Of a DNA stretch of 64,000 nt, positions 59,360 to 64,000 are shown one piece after another (positions within the stretch are counted from its first letter, which is position 1; each line of letters starts with the position of its first letter). The position numbers and the translations under genes are program-made. The notes under the pieces were generated by a model that did no database searches, had not been told where the DNA came from, and saw only the letters and a list, made by a program, of their open reading frames with translations. Source of the stretch: Nevskiaceae bacterium (GTDB taxonomy: Bacteria; Pseudomonadota; Gammaproteobacteria; Nevskiales; Nevskiaceae); assembly GCA_965216845.1 (NCBI GenBank), contig OZ244200.1:3027368-3091367 (forward strand), written 5' to 3'.

Positions 59360-60721
59360 TTATTTCGCCGCGCGGCGCTGAATGGCCGAAGGCTCGAAAT
59401 AGCCATCCGGGAAATCCAGGGTGCCGTCAGGCGACTGATCCTCGTTCTGCATCGCGGTGACGAAGTAGCGTCCGCTGTTGAAGTGGTAAATCACTTCGGG
59501 GATCGTCGTGCTCGCCATTACGTTGGAACCGTAGAGCAGGTGTCCTTCCTGAAGCTGCATCAGCTGACCCTGGTGATCGTAGTTGTCACGCGCAACGATG
59601 TTCCAGGTGTCCTCGTCGAGGTAGAAACGAATCTTGCCGAAGGTGTGACGCAGGTCGGGCCGGTTTTCCGCTTCCACCACCCAGACGCGGTGCAGCTCAT
59701 AACGCGGCAGCTCCGGATTGACGTGGCGAGGGCGCGCGATATCGGCGTATTTGATCTTGTTGCCGGCGATGCGATAGGAGTTGTAGGGAATGTACAGTTC
59801 CTTGCGTCCGACCAACTTCCATGTATAGCGCTCGAGCACGCCGTTGAACATGTCAACCTGATCGTAGAACTGGTGACCGTCGGTGCCCTCATAGGGGTTG
59901 TCACAGCAAACCGCCGGCGCGCGCCGGATGCGCTTGAGCGCCGGCGAGTACAGCCATGCCGCGCGCCCCTCCGGTCCGGTGCCCGCCTTTTCGTGCGCGA
60001 GGATGAAGGTTCCGGCCAGCCGCGGCGGATTGACGATCTCCGAAGCGTATTTGATCGAAATCACGCCCGGCTTGAGTTCCAGCGCTGGTTCGATCTCGAT
60101 GTTGTTGTAGTAGAACCTGACGTCCTCGACGATCTTGGTCAGCGAGTATTCGCCATCCAGCTGCACGATCATCTGGTTGTTGAAGCGCCGGAAGGTAGAG
60201 CCGCGGAACTTGGTCTTGTGATTCCAGATGGGTTCAGCGCCGGACTGCGGAATCGGGAAAGGGTAACCGAGAAAGGCGTTGCGCGGCTTGTCCACGGTGT
60301 CGAGTACCGCGGTGGAGGCGTTCTTGATCGATCCGTCGAGGATCTCCTTGGGCATGTTGGCAATGCGGTGGCTCGGATAGACATTCATCCGGTAAGAGTC
60401 CGGATAACGCTTGAGCAGCTCCTTGTGCCCCTCGGTGAGCTTGTCGGCGTACTTGCCCACGTTCTCCCCGGTGATCGCGAACAGCGGCTCTTCGGCGTCC
60501 AGGTCCGGATAGCTCGGCCAGAAACCCTTGAGCGGACCCTCTTTCGGCCGCGGCGCCCATTCCGGAATCGAGCCATCTTCATTGCCGGCGTGGATCGCGC
60601 CGACCGGCGTCAGCTCCTTGCCGAGTTTCGCGACCTCCTCCGGTGGCGCCTTGGCGGCAACGGGCAGTACCACTGCAGCAAGTAACGCTGCACACAGCAC
60701 GGATCTGTTTTGAATTTGCAC
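59360..60721 (-). CDS. DUF1329 family (LolA-like fold) periplasmic protein
   Basis: 453 aa from the GTG at 60721, 6 nt after AAGGAG, giving a signal peptide VQIQNRSVLCAALLAAVVLPVAAKA. The track ATG at 60781 would add 20 non-signal residues and lies inside the promoter candidate. The family assignment is from recollection of the DUF1329 size and pattern and its pairing with DUF1302. Confidence 0.8.
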   Translation of the reverse strand: MQIQNRSVLCAALLAAVVLPVAAKAPPEEVAKLGKELTPVGAIHAGNEDGSIPEWAPRPKEGPLKGFWPSYPDLDAEEPLFAITGENVGKYADKLTEGHKELLKRYPDSYRMNVYPSHRIANMPKEILDGSIKNASTAVLDTVDKPRNAFLGYPFPIPQSGAEPIWNHKTKFRGSTFRRFNNQMIVQLDGEYSLTKIVEDVRFYYNNIEIEPALELKPGVISIKYASEIVNPPRLAGTFILAHEKAGTGPEGRAAWLYSPALKRIRRAPAVCCDNPYEGTDGHQFYDQVDMFNGVLERYTWKLVGRKELYIPYNSYRIAGNKIKYADIARPRHVNPELPRYELHRVWVVEAENRPDLRHTFGKIRFYLDEDTWNIVARDNYDHQGQLMQLQEGHLLYGSNVMASTTIPEVIYHFNSGRYFVTAMQNEDQSPDGTLDFPDGYFEPSAIQRRAAK

Positions 60722-60749
60722 CTTCTGCTCCTTATCTGGGTGGTTCTCG

Positions 60750-60798
60750 ATTCTATTGTCTTCAACCGATCTACCAAACAATTGGTAGGTGACGTCAA
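60750..60798 (-). promoter_or_regulatory. MerR-type promoter candidate: TTGACG-N19-TAGATC with a 7-4-7 dyad; it overlaps an alternative TTGGTA-N16-TAGAAT
   Basis: The minus strand reads TTGACGtcacCTACCAAttgtTTGGTAGATC (plus-strand coordinates 60798-60768). The dyad CTACCAA-ttgt-TTGGTAG occupies 60771-60788. TAGAAT lies at 60755-60750. Confidence 0.45.
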
Positions 60799-61178
60799 GC
60801 TAACACGCTGCTACGGGCGGCGCAAGGATTGACTGACTGGCCAACCGTTGAAACACGAGCCGATAGGCAGGTGGGAAAAGCTAGCAGATCAGCGCCAATT
60901 CGGCACCCATTGCCGCCACAGAATCCGACCTGGAGCTGGCCAGAGCCCCGCTGCAGAGAAGCTCGAACGAGGCGCTGGGTATTTGCCGAAACCGGCATCG
61001 AATCCAGCGCCAGAAGAAATTTCGTTCCGCTACGCCGCCGCGACACTTGTCATCCGCACGGCCCGGCGCCGCGCCGGCTTTGCCTGCCGGGGCGCACGCA
61101 CTGCTGCCGGCGACCATCGCGCAGATCGTCAGGAACCAGCGCGATGTCTTGTTTTTCGTACTCGCGCGCTTCAGCGCG

Positions 61179-61874
61179 CTACGCGTCGATGCAAAGGCTG
61201 AACACGCGCAAGCTGTTGAGCAGGTTCACCGCACCGCCGAAATCCAGACGTACCTCGTCGAACGCCTGCTCCGTCACCAGCCCGATGAAACGGGGTTCAG
61301 CCTGTGGCGTACCGGGTAACAGAATCGGAGCTTCGAGAATCTGTAGCGCCAGCGCCGGGCTGTCGTTGGTAGGGCTTGTGGAATCCTGTTCCACGCCGTT
61401 GAGAAACGTGGTGATTGTAGTCTGTTGGCCGACCGCGACCGTCAGCGGGATGGCGGCCTGGTCATCGCCGCCCACCAGGAAGCCGACGCGTCTGCCCGGC
61501 GAGGTGACGCCGGCGCTGTCGAACACCGAGACAAAGGTACTGCCGGCAAGTCCAGCTCCGACCTGCAGGGTTGCGAAACTTTCCGGGTCGGCGTCGACCA
61601 CCGCTTCGGCATCTACCACTCTGCAGGCGACGCAGCCGCCGGAGATGCCGGAATCGAGTACCGCCCGCGGCGCCTGCAGCGGCGCGAAGGCATTGCCGGG
61701 TGCGCAGGCTTCTGGCGCACTCATGACCGAGCCGGCGCCGTGGGTGGAATCGGCCGGATCGCTGCAGGCGCTCAGGCTGGCGCCGGCAAGCACTGCGGCC
61801 AAGGTGTAGCCGATCACCCTGCGCGCGCTTTTGCGCGCGGGTTTCATCACGCTCAAGGGAGTGGAGACGTTCAT
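61179..61874 (-). CDS. Hypothetical lipoprotein, 4 conserved Cys (copy B)
   Basis: 231 aa with lipobox LSAC|SDP. Its start is 3 nt after the DUF1302 copy B stop. It aligns over its full mature length with copy A; by eye roughly half the residues are identical, including CAPGNAF, C-x-x-C, DAEA-VD-DP, FDEVRLDFGG and the C-terminal Cys. Confidence 0.6.
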   Translation of the reverse strand: MNVSTPLSVMKPARKSARRVIGYTLAAVLAGASLSACSDPADSTHGAGSVMSAPEACAPGNAFAPLQAPRAVLDSGISGGCVACRVVDAEAVVDADPESFATLQVGAGLAGSTFVSVFDSAGVTSPGRRVGFLVGGDDQAAIPLTVAVGQQTTITTFLNGVEQDSTSPTNDSPALALQILEAPILLPGTPQAEPRFIGLVTEQAFDEVRLDFGGAVNLLNSLRVFSLCIDA

Positions 61875-61877
61875 GGC

Positions 61878-64000
61878 TTAGAATTGGTATTTGAGGTAGA
61901 AGCCGAGATTGTCGCGGTCGGCCAGCAGGTTGTTGGTGCCGGCGCCGGCGTAGAGGTTGTAGACCACATTGAAGCTGAGCGCCTTTTCATAGCGGAACTC
62001 CAGGATCGAGGTCAGCGAGTAACGACCTTCGATGAAATTGAACAGCGGAGCCGGCGAATTGCCATAGACGTCGTGCTGCCAGAGCAGCAGCGGCGCGATG
62101 CTGATGGACGGCAGCACCGACTCGTAGAGGATTCGCGCGACCACGCGGTAGCCGGTCGAAAAACCATGCGCAAACGCATCCCGCGGTGCCTGGAAGGGGT
62201 TGAATCGGATGCCGTCCGGGCCGATGGTGCAGGCCACATTGGTCGAGCAAGCCAGTTGCGAGCCGTCCGCACCGCTGCCTTCGGCGCCAGCCGAGGCATG
62301 AGTATAGGCGGTCAGTGGACCTTCCAGTTGCAACTCGTTGAAGGACGGCATGTTCAGCACGTGCGTCGCCGCCAGCTCGTAGGCCATCAGCACCTGGTCG
62401 GCGCCGATCAGCTTGGACGGCCAGTCGGACACGCTGTACAGGCGGGTTGCACCCAGGGTGTACTGCATGACGTCGAACTCCTCCCAGCCGCGGACGCGGC
62501 TGTTGGGCGCCGGGTCGTCGCCCAGGCTGCCGCCGCGATAAGGGACGATGAAGTTCGGAAACGAGCGCGCCGAGCTGGGAACGCCGGCCAGCAACAGGAA
62601 GCTGGTATCGTCGAAGTACACGTTGCCATCGGCATCGACGGCGTCGCTGCGGTCGTAGATGAAGAACTGCCCGGTGGTGTTCTGCCCGTTGCCGCCGGGC
62701 GTGCCGGTGCTGTCCAGCCCGAAGGATACGGCAGCCGCCGTTCCGAAACAGCCGTCGCCTGGGTCGTTGCAATGCCCCAGCGTGGGCGCCATGGCGGCGA
62801 AGCCCAGATCCACCAGCGACACCTGCAGCGGCAGGTCGGGCCGATAGGCAAGCTCACCCTGGAAGGAGTAGTCGCCATAGGTGGTGTTGAAGCTCAGGCC
62901 GAACATCTTGAGATCTTCGGGGTAGGTCAGCTGCGCGTCCGCGGTGTCGAAGGGAATGATCTCGCTGAGCGGCCTGCCCGGTTGAAACACCAGAATGTTG
63001 GCCAGGCCGGTGACCACGTCCAGCGGGGTGCCGTCGATGCCGATATCCGCCGCCAATTCGGGGCGGGCGGCTATGATTTGCACCGCGTCCACCAACGCCT
63101 GGGTGACGCCGGTGGGCTCCTCGACCAGAGCCAGGTTCGGGCACAGAGTCAGGATCTCGAAGGTATTGCGCGCATCGCGACCCTCCGGATTGCCCGCAGC
63201 ACGCATGCAGCTGGCATTCGAGGCGTAGATGTCGACGTAGGGTAGCTTGGAGTGGTAGTTCGAGAAATAGAAACCCAGCTCGGTGCCGTAGTTCAGCCAG
63301 TCTGCGTAGTACTTGAGGCTGATGCCGTACTCGCCGCCGTCGCGCGCCCGCTCATCCGGCCTGCGGCCGATGGACAGTGTGGTGCGTGACACCAGCCCCA
63401 GGGGGTTGGCCAGCCGGGTCCCCAACTGTCCGAAATCATCCGGCGCCTGGCCAAAACCGCCGTTGAGGCGATCCTCACCCAGGTTGTTGACTCCGGCGTC
63501 GAGGAAGGAATAGAAAGTGCCGGGTGCGGGGATGTCCACCGGCTGCCACTCGAAGGCGTAATGGGCCTGCAGGCTGACACCGCCGCCCAGGTAGGTGGAC
63601 AGGTTGGCCATGTTGACCGGGACGAACAAATCCTCCAGCAGCGCGTTACCGAGCCGGAAAACGTTGTTGGCGTTCACCGGATTGGCCTGAGACAGACTGT
63701 TGATGATCGCCACGGTGCTTTCGCCCCAGTTCACCACCTGTTTGCCGACGCGAAGCACGACGTCCTGATCCACCACCGGCAGAGTGAAGGGCACGGTCAG
63801 ATGCAGGTCGAGCAGATCGTAGAACAGGTATTCGTCCGCGATGTCGTCGGCGCGCTTCTCGCGCACCACGGCGCCCTTGAGCAGGGTGGCGCCAAAATAG
63901 CGGTTGGCGAACGGGTCGCCGCGGATCAGCACCGATTCGAAGTTCTCCGGAGTGACCTTGTTCGGGTGAAATTCGTCGAAATCATAGTTGAGCGGATCGT
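61878..64000 (-). CDS. DUF1302 family outer-membrane beta-barrel protein (copy B), 5' end beyond the window
   Basis: The frame stays open to the window edge (...DPLNYDFDEFHPNKVTPENFESVLIRGDPF...), collinear with copy A. It ends ...GFYLKYQF. Confidence 0.85.
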   Translation of the reverse strand, partial: DPLNYDFDEFHPNKVTPENFESVLIRGDPFANRYFGATLLKGAVVREKRADDIADEYLFYDLLDLHLTVPFTLPVVDQDVVLRVGKQVVNWGESTVAIINSLSQANPVNANNVFRLGNALLEDLFVPVNMANLSTYLGGGVSLQAHYAFEWQPVDIPAPGTFYSFLDAGVNNLGEDRLNGGFGQAPDDFGQLGTRLANPLGLVSRTTLSIGRRPDERARDGGEYGISLKYYADWLNYGTELGFYFSNYHSKLPYVDIYASNASCMRAAGNPEGRDARNTFEILTLCPNLALVEEPTGVTQALVDAVQIIAARPELAADIGIDGTPLDVVTGLANILVFQPGRPLSEIIPFDTADAQLTYPEDLKMFGLSFNTTYGDYSFQGELAYRPDLPLQVSLVDLGFAAMAPTLGHCNDPGDGCFGTAAAVSFGLDSTGTPGGNGQNTTGQFFIYDRSDAVDADGNVYFDDTSFLLLAGVPSSARSFPNFIVPYRGGSLGDDPAPNSRVRGWEEFDVMQYTLGATRLYSVSDWPSKLIGADQVLMAYELAATHVLNMPSFNELQLEGPLTAYTHASAGAEGSGADGSQLACSTNVACTIGPDGIRFNPFQAPRDAFAHGFSTGYRVVARILYESVLPSISIAPLLLWQHDVYGNSPAPLFNFIEGRYSLTSILEFRYEKALSFNVVYNLYAGAGTNNLLADRDNLGFYLKYQF

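Noticed and set aside
60722-60781. The ATG at 60781 as the DUF1329 start.
   Set aside because: It has no SD, it lies inside the promoter candidate, and it places 20 charged residues ahead of the signal peptide. The GTG at 60721 follows AAGGAG.

Overview
This is a GC-rich chromosomal segment from a Gammaproteobacterium. That call rests on E. coli-like micro-synteny: rarA-lolA-ftsK; aat-infA/clpA-clpS; rne/rluC, maf/yceD-rpmF-plsX; and msbA-lpxK-ycaR-kdsB. A finer lineage cannot be supported from sequence alone. I saw no rRNA, tRNA, CRISPR array, transposase or integrase. Positions 1-37 kb are mostly housekeeping genes. They hold cell division, an N-degron locus (FemAB-like gene, aat, bpt, infA, clpA, clpS), a CHASE2 nucleotide cyclase, a partial type II secretion block (gspCDEF only), ribosome/lipid genes, RNase E, lipid A genes, and a tightly overlapped gltX-thrS-M23-DUF1499 string. 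Positions 37-64 kb look accessory. An SDR-esterase-Baeyer-Villiger monooxygenase operon lies divergent from an HMG-CoA-lyase-like/acyl-CoA dehydrogenase/thioesterase/SDR operon. Next come an alpha/beta hydrolase, a molybdopterin oxidoreductase, a metal hydrolase and a MerR-family regulator. The window ends with a minus-strand envelope cluster: DUF1329, two paralogous DUF1302 outer-membrane barrels each followed by a private cysteine-containing lipoprotein of no family I recognise, an RND/MMPL transporter and a Ycf48-like BNR propeller. The best candidate for an undescribed system is this envelope cluster. Supporting it is a 19-bp-spacer (MerR-type) promoter/operator motif that recurs, almost identical, at the head of the acyl-CoA operon about 20 kb away. 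Other notable items are twin CRP-consensus boxes upstream of a cNMP-binding/rhodanese fusion gene, a 48-codon acyl-CoA dehydrogenase relic used as a leader ORF, and mosaic (gene-conversion-like) identity between the DUF1302 paralogs. All calls come from reading the sequence and translations by eye; no searches were run.
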